Sequence record: PQ351811 | DNA length: 64,000 nt | Reading direction: 5' to 3' (one strand) | DNA from: Shigella phage SSG23 | Part shown: positions 10,174 to 19,727 of the stretch, piece by piece | Layout: each line of letters begins with the position of its first letter | Numbering within the stretch: position 1 is the stretch's first letter | The notes under the pieces: generated by a model | The model's input: only the letters and a program-made list of their open reading frames with translations | Told to the model about the DNA's origin: nothing | Databases searched by the model: none | Translations under genes and position numbers: made by a program

Positions 10174-12852
10174 ATGTATTTTCTGTCATGTGAGCGAGTA
10201 GGTGATAAGATCTACGAGCGTTATATTGATGATGCTGGACAAGAACAAGAGCGTTACGTTGAATATACGCCAACATTATTTCATCATGCCGCGCCTGGTA
10301 TGGTTACTAATTATAAAGATATCTATGGCAAGCCTTGCATTGCTAAAAAATTCCCATCTATGAACGAGGCCAACAAATGGCGTAAAAAGATGGGGGAAAT
10401 GGGGCAAGAGGCACTAGGGATGGATGATTTTATCATCTCCTATCTGTCTGATACATATAAAGGTGAGATTCGATATGACCGAAATAAAATCCGTGTAGCA
10501 TGGGTTGATATTGAGGTCACTGCACCGGAATTTCCTAAACCAGAAGAGGCGAAATATCCTATCGATGCAATTACGCATTATGACTCCGTACATGATCGTT
10601 TCTTTGTATTTGATTTGAAAGGAAAAAACGGTGAAATCTGGGAAGCAAGAAAGTCTATTCTTCGACCTGATATTGTAGAGCGCGTTGTTTATAACGTCTA
10701 TGATACAGAAGATGAATTGCTATTAGAATACATCCGATTCTTTGAGGAAAATCGACCAGTTGGCTTCACTGGCTGGAACACAGAAACATTCGATATCCCG
10801 TATATCATTAAGCGTATCAGTAATAAGTTTGGAAGTCGAACGGCAAACCGTTTAAGCCCGTGCGGTAAGATTAAATCCCGAATCTCACAGGATGATTTTG
10901 GCAACGAGCGTGAAGCATTTACGATCATGGGGATCGAAAGCCTTGATTACATTGACCTGTACAAGAAATTTAGCTTTACGACTCAACCAACATATGCATT
11001 AGATTATGTTGCTGAATATGAGACAGGAATCGGTAAGGTTGATTATGATGGTCCGTTAAAGAAATTGCGTGATGACAACCATCAACTTTACATCGATTAT
11101 AACATCGGCGACGTTGACCGTGTGCTGGCGATTGATAAAAAACGTGGTTTTATTGATCTGGTGTATAGCCTATGTTTCTATGCAAAAATTAAATTTAACC
11201 ATGTTTATAATCCGATGAAAGTATGGGATGCTATTATCTTCGGATCTCTGAAAGCAGAGGGTAAAGTAGTACCGGAAAATAAGATACAGCCTAAGCAGAC
11301 TTATCCCGGCGCATTTGTAAAAGAACCTGTGCCGAATGCTTACCGTTGGATGATGAGCTTTGACTTAACAAGTCTTTATCCATCTATTATTCGACAGGTT
11401 AATATTTCGCCGGAAACTATCGCTGGGTCTTTTGATGCTGCACCGATGCACGAGTATATCAATAAAACTGCCCCGCGTCCGAGTGATGAGTATTCTTGCT
11501 CGCCTAACGGATGGATGTATCGAAAAGATATTCATGGTATCGTACCGATTGAGATTAAAAAGGTATTCGACCAGCGTAAGCAGTACAAAAACATGATGTT
11601 GGCATGTGATCGCAATGCTGAACTCTGTAAAGCGATTCTACACGATGAAAATCATGTTTATGGGGGAACCATTAGCTATAGCGTTGAAGTTCGTCATGAC
11701 TTCGATGAAGCGTTTAAATCTATGCTTTCGGAATTGAGCAAAGATACCCTAGAAAAATTGCTGGAAGAATGTAAAGACGAGTCGATCTTGTGCAACACAA
11801 ACCAGCTTTCTCGAAAAGTTTTGATCAACTCCCTTTATGGTGCGTTGGGGAATCCTAAATTCCGCTTTTATGATCTCCGTAACGCTAGTGCGATCACATT
11901 GTTTGGTCAGCTTGCAATTCAGTGGATTGAGCGTAAGATTAACGAATACTTAAACGAGCTTTGCGGAACAACTGATTTTGCATATGTTCGTTATTGTGAT
12001 ACTGACTCCGTTTATGTGCTGGTTAACAATGTTGTTGATAAGGTTGGCGGGGAAGACCGTTTCGACGATACCGAAAAACTTGTTGACTTCCTTGATAATT
12101 TCGGTAAGCATAGAATGGAACCGATTATCGACAAGGGATATCGCGAGTTATGCGAGTACATGAACAACTATGAGCACTTGATGTTTATGGACCGTGAGGC
12201 AATTGCCGGACCGCCTTTGAAGTCTGCGGGTATCGGTGGATTCTGGACTGGTAAAAAGCGTTATGCTCTTAATGTTTGGGATATGGAAGGAACGCGCTTT
12301 GCTGAACCTAAGCTAAAAATCATGGGCTTGGAAACACAACGTAGTTCTACTCCTAAAGCATGTCAGAAATCACTGAAAGAATGTATTCGTCGTATGTTGC
12401 AGGAAGGTGAAGAGTCATTGCAGGAATACTACGGTATTTTTGAGCAAGAATTTAGAAAACTTGACTATCTTGAGGTTGCTGCGGTATCATCTGCAAACAA
12501 CCTACAGAAATACAGCGATTCAAACGGGTATCCGATTAAGGGTTGTCCGTATGCGGTTAAGAGTGTATTGTGTTATAATCGTAATGCTCGAAAATTCGGA
12601 CTAGATCCGATTCGTGAGGGCGAGAAAGTTATGATCGTACCGCTCAAAGATCGAAATCCGTTTGGAGAAATCTGTTTTGGTTGGTTGTCTGGTACTCGTA
12701 TTCCGCCAGAAATTGAATCAGAAGTGTTAAAGTGGTTAGACTGGCCTTTGTTGTTTAATAAGACTTTCGTCAAACCACTGGAGAACATTACCACGGCTGC
12801 AAAGCTGCAATATGAAAAAGTTGCTTCTCTGACTGACCTGTTTGACATTTAA
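10174..12852 (+). CDS. 43: DNA polymerase gp43 (family B)
   Basis: Exo and pol motifs (DIEV, YNIGDVD, SLYPSII, NSLYGALG, YCDTDS) collinear with T4 gp43; start taken at ATG 10174 after AGGAG, not the upstream GTG. Confidence 0.95.
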   Translation: MYFLSCERVGDKIYERYIDDAGQEQERYVEYTPTLFHHAAPGMVTNYKDIYGKPCIAKKFPSMNEANKWRKKMGEMGQEALGMDDFIISYLSDTYKGEIRYDRNKIRVAWVDIEVTAPEFPKPEEAKYPIDAITHYDSVHDRFFVFDLKGKNGEIWEARKSILRPDIVERVVYNVYDTEDELLLEYIRFFEENRPVGFTGWNTETFDIPYIIKRISNKFGSRTANRLSPCGKIKSRISQDDFGNEREAFTIMGIESLDYIDLYKKFSFTTQPTYALDYVAEYETGIGKVDYDGPLKKLRDDNHQLYIDYNIGDVDRVLAIDKKRGFIDLVYSLCFYAKIKFNHVYNPMKVWDAIIFGSLKAEGKVVPENKIQPKQTYPGAFVKEPVPNAYRWMMSFDLTSLYPSIIRQVNISPETIAGSFDAAPMHEYINKTAPRPSDEYSCSPNGWMYRKDIHGIVPIEIKKVFDQRKQYKNMMLACDRNAELCKAILHDENHVYGGTISYSVEVRHDFDEAFKSMLSELSKDTLEKLLEECKDESILCNTNQLSRKVLINSLYGALGNPKFRFYDLRNASAITLFGQLAIQWIERKINEYLNELCGTTDFAYVRYCDTDSVYVLVNNVVDKVGGEDRFDDTEKLVDFLDNFGKHRMEPIIDKGYRELCEYMNNYEHLMFMDREAIAGPPLKSAGIGGFWTGKKRYALNVWDMEGTRFAEPKLKIMGLETQRSSTPKACQKSLKECIRRMLQEGEESLQEYYGIFEQEFRKLDYLEVAAVSSANNLQKYSDSNGYPIKGCPYAVKSVLCYNRNARKFGLDPIREGEKVMIVPLKDRNPFGEICFGWLSGTRIPPEIESEVLKWLDWPLLFNKTFVKPLENITTAAKLQYEKVASLTDLFDI

Positions 12853-12896
12853 GATAAAGTGTGTATAATGGCGGGTGTTGGGTGACGATACCCGCC
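12842..12896 (+). promoter_or_regulatory. sigma70-like early promoter plus downstream hairpin
   Basis: TTGACA overlapping gene 43 stop, 16 nt, TATAAT, then GGCGGGT...ACCCGCC hairpin. Confidence 0.55.
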
Positions 12897-12913
12897 AATG
12901 TGAGAAATATACT

Positions 12914-13102
12914 ATGAGAGACATTGAAAAGATTAAACGTGAACGAGAGGAAGGTATAGAGCATTTCAAGAAAGTTCACGGAAATCACAGCAACGAAGTA
13001 TTTGTGACGATCGATGTTGATGCGATGAAAAAGTTAATTCAAGAGCACTACAAAGATCGAATAACAATGAAGCAATTAAAGTATTACGGATTAACTGAAT
13101 AG
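12914..13102 (+). CDS. hypothetical small protein
   Basis: ORF downstream of promoter-hairpin at 12842; occupies the T4 beta-gt/42/imm slot but is unrelated to them. Confidence 0.35.
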   Translation: MRDIEKIKREREEGIEHFKKVHGNHSNEVFVTIDVDAMKKLIQEHYKDRITMKQLKYYGLTE

Positions 13103-13113
13103 AGGTATTAATA

Positions 13114-14184
13114 ATGTCTGTACTGGAAAAACTGAAAAAGAACTCTACCCTGAAAACTACTGCGGTACTGTCTAAATCCAGCTTCTTTAACGAAAAAACA
13201 AATACTCGCACTAAGATCCCGATGCTGAATATTGCGTTTTCTGGTGATCTTAAAAAAGGCTTTCAATCTGGTCTGATTTTCTTTGCTGGTCCGTCTAAGC
13301 ACTTTAAATCAAACATGGGATTAACTTGTGTTAGTGCATACATGAAACAGAATCCTGATGCGGCTTGCTTGTTCTTTGATTCTGAGTTTGGTATTACTTC
13401 CGCATATCTGGAATCTATGGGAGTAGATCCTGATCGCGTGGTGCATGTTCCAATCAAGAACATCGAAGAACTTAAATTTGAAATCATGAACCAGCTTGAG
13501 CAAATTACCCGCGAAGATAAAGTGATTATCTTTATTGACTCAATCGGTAACTTAGCAAGTAAAAAAGAAGTTGAAGACGCGATTAATGAGAAATCCGCGC
13601 AGGATATGACGCGAGCTAAAGCACTTAAAGGCTTGTTCCGTATGGTTACGCCATATCTGACTATGAATGATATCCCGTGCATCGCCATTAACCACACTTA
13701 CGAAACGCAAGAAATGTTTAGTAAGACCGTTATGTCCGGCGGTACTGGCGCGATGTATTCAGCCAATGAAGTTTTCATTATCGGTCGTCGTCAGCAGAAA
13801 GAAGGAACCGAAATTACTGGTTATGATTTTATCCTGAATGCGGAAAAATCACGAACCGTTAAAGAAAAATCTAAGTTCCCGATTAGCGTAACCTTTAGCG
13901 GTGGTATCGATCCATATTCTGGCTTGCTGGAATTGGCTGTAGAGTTAGGTTGGGTAGTGAAACCGTCAAACGGCTGGTATTCTCGTTCCATCCTGAATAC
14001 AGAGACCGGAGAGATGGAAACCGAAGAACGCAAGTTCCGTGCTAAAGAAACCAATAGTATTGAGTTCTGGAAACCACTTCTGACAAACGATAAGTTTAAC
14101 GAAGCAATCAACGATCATTATAAGCTGGGACAAGTGATCAGCAATGAAGCAGTTGACAAAGAAATCGAAGATATGTTAGCATAA
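13114..14184 (+). CDS. uvsX: recombinase UvsX (RecA-like)
   Basis: FFNEK, TKIPMLNIAFSG, FAGPSKHFKSN Walker A and INHTYETQEMFSKTVM match T4 UvsX. Confidence 0.95.
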   Translation: MSVLEKLKKNSTLKTTAVLSKSSFFNEKTNTRTKIPMLNIAFSGDLKKGFQSGLIFFAGPSKHFKSNMGLTCVSAYMKQNPDAACLFFDSEFGITSAYLESMGVDPDRVVHVPIKNIEELKFEIMNQLEQITREDKVIIFIDSIGNLASKKEVEDAINEKSAQDMTRAKALKGLFRMVTPYLTMNDIPCIAINHTYETQEMFSKTVMSGGTGAMYSANEVFIIGRRQQKEGTEITGYDFILNAEKSRTVKEKSKFPISVTFSGGIDPYSGLLELAVELGWVVKPSNGWYSRSILNTETGEMETEERKFRAKETNSIEFWKPLLTNDKFNEAINDHYKLGQVISNEAVDKEIEDMLA

Positions 14185-14195
14185 CAATGGTAGTA

Positions 14196-14219
14196 AAGGG
14201 GCTACTTGCCCCTTTTTCA
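14196..14219 (+). terminator. rho-independent terminator after uvsX
   Basis: GGGGC-tactt-GCCCC followed by TTTTT. Confidence 0.6.
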
Positions 14220-14239
14220 TATCTAGAGAGGATTATATT

Positions 14240-14557
14240 ATGGATAAGAAACCAACAAGTTTAGAAGAAGCACACGGCTTGATTCAAGAAGCAATGAAGA
14301 CAGTTATTCAGGAATTGATAATTGTTGATGAAGAGGGAGAGCATCATATTGTCTATATTCATAATGTTGAATACGATCCAGACACTAAAGGTATTGTGGT
14401 CGACTACTCCACGCCGTCAGATCGTGATGTGGTATATCCTCACGTCATTAAGGCGTTAACCGCGCAGATCAAAGAAGCAGAAGAAAAGTTGAAAAAGGAA
14501 ACTTTCTGGTATAAACTCAAGACCTTTGTTATGCGTGTAGTCGGGGGCTATGTATGA
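14240..14557 (+). CDS. hypothetical protein at the T4 gene 40 position
   Basis: ORF between uvsX and 41; identity to gp40 not verified. Confidence 0.4.
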   Translation: MDKKPTSLEEAHGLIQEAMKTVIQELIIVDEEGEHHIVYIHNVEYDPDTKGIVVDYSTPSDRDVVYPHVIKALTAQIKEAEEKLKKETFWYKLKTFVMRVVGGYV

Positions 14558-15966
14558 TTAAAACTATCTTTTCACAGTTGATTTACAATGGCGCATTCTT
14601 TACGAATGTATGGCCTCACCTTAAAGCGGACTACTTCACCGAAGACGAAGAAAAACTGATTTATAAGCTGATTAAAAAGCACGTAGACGAATATTCTAAT
14701 ATTCCTACGCCAACTGCATTACAGATTGCTTTAGACAAGGAGAGAGGCAATCAGACAACATATGAAGGGGCTAAAACTCTTCTCGATTCGCTGGAGAATA
14801 CACCGGAAGACCTTGATTGGTTAATGAAGGAAACCGAAAAATTTATCCGCGACCGCGCTATGTATAATGCAATGTCACGGGCGCTAGAGATTCAGGCGAA
14901 CGCACAACTACCAAAAGAGAAACAGAATAAGAAATTGCCAAGTGAAGGCGCTATTCCTGAGATCATGCAGGAAGCACTATCCATTACGTTTGATTCTGAT
15001 GTAGGTCATGACTGGTTTAATGACTTTGAAAAACGATTCTTGTTATATCAGACTAAAGCGAATAAGATCCCGTTTAAGCTGTCTATTCTGAATAAAATCA
15101 CGAAAGGCGGGGCAGAGAAAAAGACATTGAATGTTTTACTTGCTGGTGTAAACGTTGGTAAATCGTTGGGATTGTGTTCTCTTGCTGCGGATTATATGGA
15201 ATGTGGTTATAATGTTCTGTATATCTCAATGGAGATGGCAGAGCATGTCGTAGCCAAACGTATTGACGCAAATTTGCTTGACATTACCTTAGATGAATTG
15301 GATGATGGCAATGTTTCCTTTGCTGAATATTCCGCACGCATGAAACGCGTCAAGAATAAGAAAGCTGGAGAACGTCCAATCGGCAAGCTGATGATCAAAC
15401 AGTATCCGACTGGTGGCGCGAACTCCAATCACTTTGAGGCGTTAATGAATGAATTGCGACTCAAGAAACAGTTTAAACCTGATGTTGTGATTGTTGACTA
15501 TCTGGGGATTTGCGCATCGTCTCGCTTGCGTGTATACTCTGAAAATAGTTACACACTAGTTAAGGCTATTGCGGAAGAACTTCGCGGATTTTTTGTTAAG
15601 TGGGATGTTGTTGGTTGGACTGCGGCACAGACTACCCGCGCGGGTTGGGATGCTTCCGACCTTAACATGAGTGATACCGCTGAATCAGCAGGTCTTCCGG
15701 CTACAGCCGATTTTATGTTGGGTGTAATTGAGACCGAAGATCTTGCAAAAATGGGTGTTCAATTACTCAAGCAGATTAAATCTCGTTACGGTGATAAGAA
15801 CTATTATTCACGGTTTAACGTTGGTGTGAAAAAAGGCAATCAGCGTTGGTATGAAGTCCCAAACCAGATCGCAGATCAGGAGAATGCACAAGTTAAACCA
15901 CAAAGCGCACAGCAAGCCGAGAAACGAGAAAAACTCGACGAGCTAGCAAATAACATGACTTTCTAA
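14554..15966 (+). CDS. 41: replicative DNA helicase gp41 (DnaB-like)
   Basis: Walker A LAGVNVGKSLGLCSLAADY, YISMEMAE, IKQYPTGGA, VDYLGIC match T4 gp41. Confidence 0.95.
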   Translation: MIKTIFSQLIYNGAFFTNVWPHLKADYFTEDEEKLIYKLIKKHVDEYSNIPTPTALQIALDKERGNQTTYEGAKTLLDSLENTPEDLDWLMKETEKFIRDRAMYNAMSRALEIQANAQLPKEKQNKKLPSEGAIPEIMQEALSITFDSDVGHDWFNDFEKRFLLYQTKANKIPFKLSILNKITKGGAEKKTLNVLLAGVNVGKSLGLCSLAADYMECGYNVLYISMEMAEHVVAKRIDANLLDITLDELDDGNVSFAEYSARMKRVKNKKAGERPIGKLMIKQYPTGGANSNHFEALMNELRLKKQFKPDVVIVDYLGICASSRLRVYSENSYTLVKAIAEELRGFFVKWDVVGWTAAQTTRAGWDASDLNMSDTAESAGLPATADFMLGVIETEDLAKMGVQLLKQIKSRYGDKNYYSRFNVGVKKGNQRWYEVPNQIADQENAQVKPQSAQQAEKREKLDELANNMTF

Positions 15967-16016
15967 TAAAATGCGCCCTACGGGGCGCTGGTGAATGATT
16001 TGATAGGAGATATAAC

Positions 16017-16652
16017 ATGATCGCTAATGCTTTACCGCCAAAATGGATCGTAAGTCGTTTTTATACTCTCAAGGAAGGTAACGCACCTGATGGTCGTCCG
16101 ATCCGAGATCTGTTTCTGGAGATGACTACAGCCGAAGCACAGTTTTATAATGATCTGACAGACGATAAGCCATTTCTCGTAAATTCGGTGGACCTTGATG
16201 GTAATGTTACGTCAATTATCGCACATGGTGGGGAAGTGAAAAATATTACTTCCTTGCGTGATCACGGTTGGGAAATTGCTTGTGTATTTCCTGCGGATGT
16301 ACGCGGATTCTTTGATGAGGTATCTGATATTAAAGTAAATGCACTGGAACCATATGACGAGAACCCACCACTGAAAGAAGAAAAAGAGTTGACACCGGAA
16401 GATGTAGGCAGTATACTACAACCCGACCTGTTTAAAAAGATTAGCGGTTTATGGACTATTACCCTGTATCCAACCGCATTAGGTTTAGAATTGGGTATGC
16501 CAACTTATTCTGATATTGATAATTGGACTAAGCACATTGATAAAGATGTTGAAAAACAGCGAAACAATGCTAAACTACAGTTGAAAGAGAAACGCAAAGA
16601 TCTTGAACGACAACTGAAAGAAACAAAACATTTGCTTTCTACGTTCGCTTGA
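16017..16652 (+). CDS. hypothetical protein
   Basis: 211-aa ORF in the 41-61 interval. Confidence 0.5.
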   Translation: MIANALPPKWIVSRFYTLKEGNAPDGRPIRDLFLEMTTAEAQFYNDLTDDKPFLVNSVDLDGNVTSIIAHGGEVKNITSLRDHGWEIACVFPADVRGFFDEVSDIKVNALEPYDENPPLKEEKELTPEDVGSILQPDLFKKISGLWTITLYPTALGLELGMPTYSDIDNWTKHIDKDVEKQRNNAKLQLKEKRKDLERQLKETKHLLSTFA

Positions 16653-16682
16653 TCTATAATGAAACTCTAAGGAGACTATATT

Positions 16683-17057
16683 ATGAAAAATATGATTACA
16701 CCGGAAGATGTAGCATTTAAAACCGCAAATAACGGAGACATTCTTATCTTTATTAACGGTAAACATGCTGGTATGGTTGAACCGGAAGGACGCTGGGGAG
16801 TCGCCGAACTTTATGATGTGGCTGGTGTAGATCCGAAAACTGCAATTGTTTTTCTGGCTGATAAAGATCAAATGCGTCGAAAAATTGCTGCGCTCTATAA
16901 TGAAGCAGTATATTTCTACGAACCGTTTCATCGTATTAAAACGATCTCCCGCGTGACTCGAAAAGATGTTAACGCTTGTATTATCAAGATTGTAGAGAAT
17001 CAGGATAAACTGACGAAAGACCAGATCGTTGACTTACTGAAAGAGATTATTCTATGA
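16683..17057 (+). CDS. hypothetical protein
   Basis: 124-aa ORF with GGAG RBS. Confidence 0.5.
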   Translation: MKNMITPEDVAFKTANNGDILIFINGKHAGMVEPEGRWGVAELYDVAGVDPKTAIVFLADKDQMRRKIAALYNEAVYFYEPFHRIKTISRVTRKDVNACIIKIVENQDKLTKDQIVDLLKEIIL

Positions 17058-17229
17058 TTGGCTTTAAACAGTTTGTTGAAGAAAATAAACTCAAAGAAGA
17101 TATGACCGCTGGCGATGCTGGCGGCAATCCTGAGAAGATCGCAGCAGGGGAAACGAGCGGATCTATTACCAATCGTGGACCTAGCGTAGTGGGTAAAGAA
17201 AAACGCAAGAAGGAGAAAGACGGTGCTTA
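17054..17229 (+). CDS. hypothetical small protein
   Basis: 58-aa ORF with ATGA overlap to upstream gene; Gly-rich, basic C-terminus. Confidence 0.3.
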
Positions 17230-17237
17230 GTATCATC

Positions 17238-17381
17238 ATGTTTATCGTTGGCTTGCTGTCCGCTATTATCGGTGTTGTTGTTTTCGGATTATCTGGACAC
17301 AAAACAAAAACAGAAAAGTTATCCGAGATCACAATGTATGTTGGTGTAGTTCTCATTCTGTTATCGGTGGCGCTTAAATGA
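17238..17381 (+). CDS. small hydrophobic membrane peptide
   Basis: 47-aa ORF with two hydrophobic stretches (FIVGLLSAIIGVVVFGL, YVGVVLILLSVAL); overlaps next start. Confidence 0.3.
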   Translation: MFIVGLLSAIIGVVVFGLSGHKTKTEKLSEITMYVGVVLILLSVALK

Positions 17382-17581
17382 TTACGATGAAATGTCTTAA
17401 AAGCACATATGCACTTTTTGAAGCCGGAAAAGAATATGAATTTACAGAACTTGATCCGGTAGGCCGTTTTCGTGTATTCTCTTACACATCGCCAGATGGT
17501 AGTGTCTACAAATTTGGCTTAGATGAGAACGGAGAGAATGAAAATGAAAGTGTTGGAACTTTCATGAAATTTGAGCTATAA
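17378..17581 (+). CDS. hypothetical small protein
   Basis: 67-aa ORF just upstream of primase. Confidence 0.4.
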   Translation: MITMKCLKSTYALFEAGKEYEFTELDPVGRFRVFSYTSPDGSVYKFGLDENGENENESVGTFMKFEL

Positions 17582-17590
17582 GAGGTTATT

Positions 17591-18619
17591 ATGATTTACT
17601 ACGCAGATTATGAAATAGCGGAAAAAGCCATATACGGCGAACGAAATTTTAAACGGTTGCATACTAGCTCATTTACGCTGGTCTGTAGTTGTCCGATCTG
17701 CGGTGACTCAAAGAAAAATCATACTCAAGCGCGATTCCGTATCTATACCTATAAGGATAGTTTGCGTTGTGGTTGTTTCAACTGTAACTACAATCAGCCG
17801 TTAGGTGAATTTCTCAAACAGTATAAGCCGGACCTATTCAGGGAATGGCTTATGGAACGACGGAAGGAACAAGGCGACCACAAGAACACCACGTTCAAGC
17901 CACTGAAAAAGGTAGAAAAGCCGGAGATTAAGAAAGTGCAAACATTGCCTTTCTGCGAGAGATTAGATACTCTTCCGGCTAATCATCCTATAATAAAGTA
18001 TGTCAGTGATCGTTGCATTCCCAACGATAAATGGGATCTTCTGTATTTCACGAGAGAATGGCAAAAGGTAGCAAATCACATTAAAGCGGATACCTTCAAG
18101 AATCCGCAACCTGAACCGCGTTTAGTGATTCCTATCTTTAACCGTGAGAACAAGATAGAATCCATTCAGGGGCGAGCATTGAGAAAGGATTACGGAAAGA
18201 CCAAATATATGACGATTAAAACTCATGAGTTAGCGAGTAAGGTCTACGGTCTTGAACGTGCTGATCCGAGCAAACCAGTGTACTTCTTAGAGGGTCCGAT
18301 AGATTCCCTGTTCATTGATAATGGATGTGCTATCACTGGCGGTACTTTGGGATTGGATGAAATTCCTTTCCCTGATCAGCGAGTGTTTGTACTTGACGCC
18401 GAACCACGGTCAGCCGATACAATGCACCGACTGGAAAAGTTTATCAATGCAGGGGAAAAGATTGTATTGTGGGATCGTTGCCCGTGGCATTCTAAAGACG
18501 TTAACGCCATGATTCAGGACGAGGGCGCTACACGCGACCAGATCATGGAATATATCAAAGAGAACACCGTACAAGGTCTGATGGCTAAAATGCGGTTTAT
18601 GAAATATTGTAAATTTTAA
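17591..18619 (+). CDS. 61: DNA primase gp61
   Basis: N-terminal zinc ribbon (CSCPICGD, CGCFNC) plus Toprim-like region; 342 aa as in T4. Confidence 0.9.
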   Translation: MIYYADYEIAEKAIYGERNFKRLHTSSFTLVCSCPICGDSKKNHTQARFRIYTYKDSLRCGCFNCNYNQPLGEFLKQYKPDLFREWLMERRKEQGDHKNTTFKPLKKVEKPEIKKVQTLPFCERLDTLPANHPIIKYVSDRCIPNDKWDLLYFTREWQKVANHIKADTFKNPQPEPRLVIPIFNRENKIESIQGRALRKDYGKTKYMTIKTHELASKVYGLERADPSKPVYFLEGPIDSLFIDNGCAITGGTLGLDEIPFPDQRVFVLDAEPRSADTMHRLEKFINAGEKIVLWDRCPWHSKDVNAMIQDEGATRDQIMEYIKENTVQGLMAKMRFMKYCKF

Positions 18620-18627
18620 TTAATGAG

Positions 18628-19152
18628 GTGAATATGTCAGAATTTAATTCTTGCGCTGGTCTGGTTAGCGACGAAACTATGTCTAAAGCTGGTATTGCGT
18701 ATTCCGAGGCAATCACTAGCGGCAAAGATCCGCTGCAAGTAATGTTAGATATGCAAAAAGGCTTACAGGTCGCACTAGCTGATAAATTTGAGTGGGTGCC
18801 GCATCCTGATAAGCTGGAAACTTGCGGGGAGATCCTTGATTGGATGAAGTTGTGGGATGACGCAATCGACGACGAGACACGAGAACTTTATGTTGCCCTG
18901 GGTGGCATGTCAAATGGCAAAGATGCAAGCGCAATTACTAAAGTGTGGAAGAAGAACCACGGCGAAGCACGAGCGCGTAAATTTGCTGATCTGTCAGATG
19001 ACGATAAAATCGAAATTGCGATGGAATTGATCGATATCTGGCATTTCGTGCTGATTAAAATGCTGGGCTTAGGTTTAACCGCTAAGGATATCTTCAAGCT
19101 GTACTACCTGAAAAATGCTGAAAATTTCGCCCGTCAAGAACGCGGCTACTAA
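18628..19152 (+). CDS. 56: dCTP pyrophosphatase gp56 (MazG-like)
   Basis: DPLQVMLDMQ, RELY, LGGMSNG and C-terminal FKLYYLKNAENFARQ match T4 gp56. Confidence 0.85.
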   Translation: MNMSEFNSCAGLVSDETMSKAGIAYSEAITSGKDPLQVMLDMQKGLQVALADKFEWVPHPDKLETCGEILDWMKLWDDAIDDETRELYVALGGMSNGKDASAITKVWKKNHGEARARKFADLSDDDKIEIAMELIDIWHFVLIKMLGLGLTAKDIFKLYYLKNAENFARQERGY

Positions 19153-19159
19153 AAATTAG

Positions 19160-19188
19160 TTGACACTACTCTATAATGGTTTTATTAT
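19160..19188 (+). promoter_or_regulatory. candidate early promoter
   Basis: TTGACA, 17 nt, TATTAT; a TATAAT also lies only 6 nt after the -35, so assignment is ambiguous. Confidence 0.35.
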
Positions 19189-19217
19189 GCCTCCCGTCGA
19201 AAGATTGGAGGCTTTTT
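19189..19217 (+). terminator. terminator-like hairpin that also contains the next gene's Shine-Dalgarno
   Basis: GCCTCC-cgtcgaaagatt-GGAGGC followed by TTTTTATT, then ATG 19221. Confidence 0.5.
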
Positions 19218-19220
19218 ATT

Positions 19221-19724
19221 ATGCAATTCACACCAGAAGAACTTAACATCATTGATGAAGTGATGAACTCTAAAGAAAATATCGATATGTCGATCCTTAA
19301 TGGATTGATTGAAAAGACTGAACGGTTAGTGCATCACGAAGCCTTGTATCGCGGTGTGAGCAAAAGAGAAGGCCGTAAGCTGGATACCTTAATTGTGGGT
19401 GATTCTTTCGTTGTAGAGCGTCCTATGAGCTTTACGCCACTACAATCAACAGCAGAGGACTTTGCAACCGATGTTTATGCAACAGGAAAGATTATTGCAG
19501 TAAAACCTACCAAGCCTTGCATGAATTATTACGAACATGCTATAGACCGAGTGGTGTCTAAAGAGTATGACAATCCGACTACTCGACTGTCTTTGTATGC
19601 TATGTTGGCTGATGAGCGCGAGTGCATATACAAGACAGGGACGACCATGATCCTTGATGAGATCGAGGAAGTTTACGCGTGCAATGGCGACCTGATAGAG
19701 ATTTACAAATTTTCTTTAATTTAA
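19221..19724 (+). CDS. putative ADP-ribosyltransferase (ModA/ModB-like)
   Basis: R-S-E-type triad candidates: LYRGVS, SFTPLQST, ADEREC; size and position near dda/56 fit T4 modA/modB. Start at ATG 19221 after a hairpin-embedded GGAGG. Confidence 0.45.
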   Translation: MQFTPEELNIIDEVMNSKENIDMSILNGLIEKTERLVHHEALYRGVSKREGRKLDTLIVGDSFVVERPMSFTPLQSTAEDFATDVYATGKIIAVKPTKPCMNYYEHAIDRVVSKEYDNPTTRLSLYAMLADERECIYKTGTTMILDEIEEVYACNGDLIEIYKFSLI

Positions 19725-19727
19725 GTG

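Noticed and set aside
19160-19177. TTGACA followed after 6 nt by TATAAT, considered as a promoter
   Set aside because: A 6-nt spacer is incompatible with sigma70 recognition; a TATTAT 17 nt downstream is the more plausible -10, and even that is uncertain.
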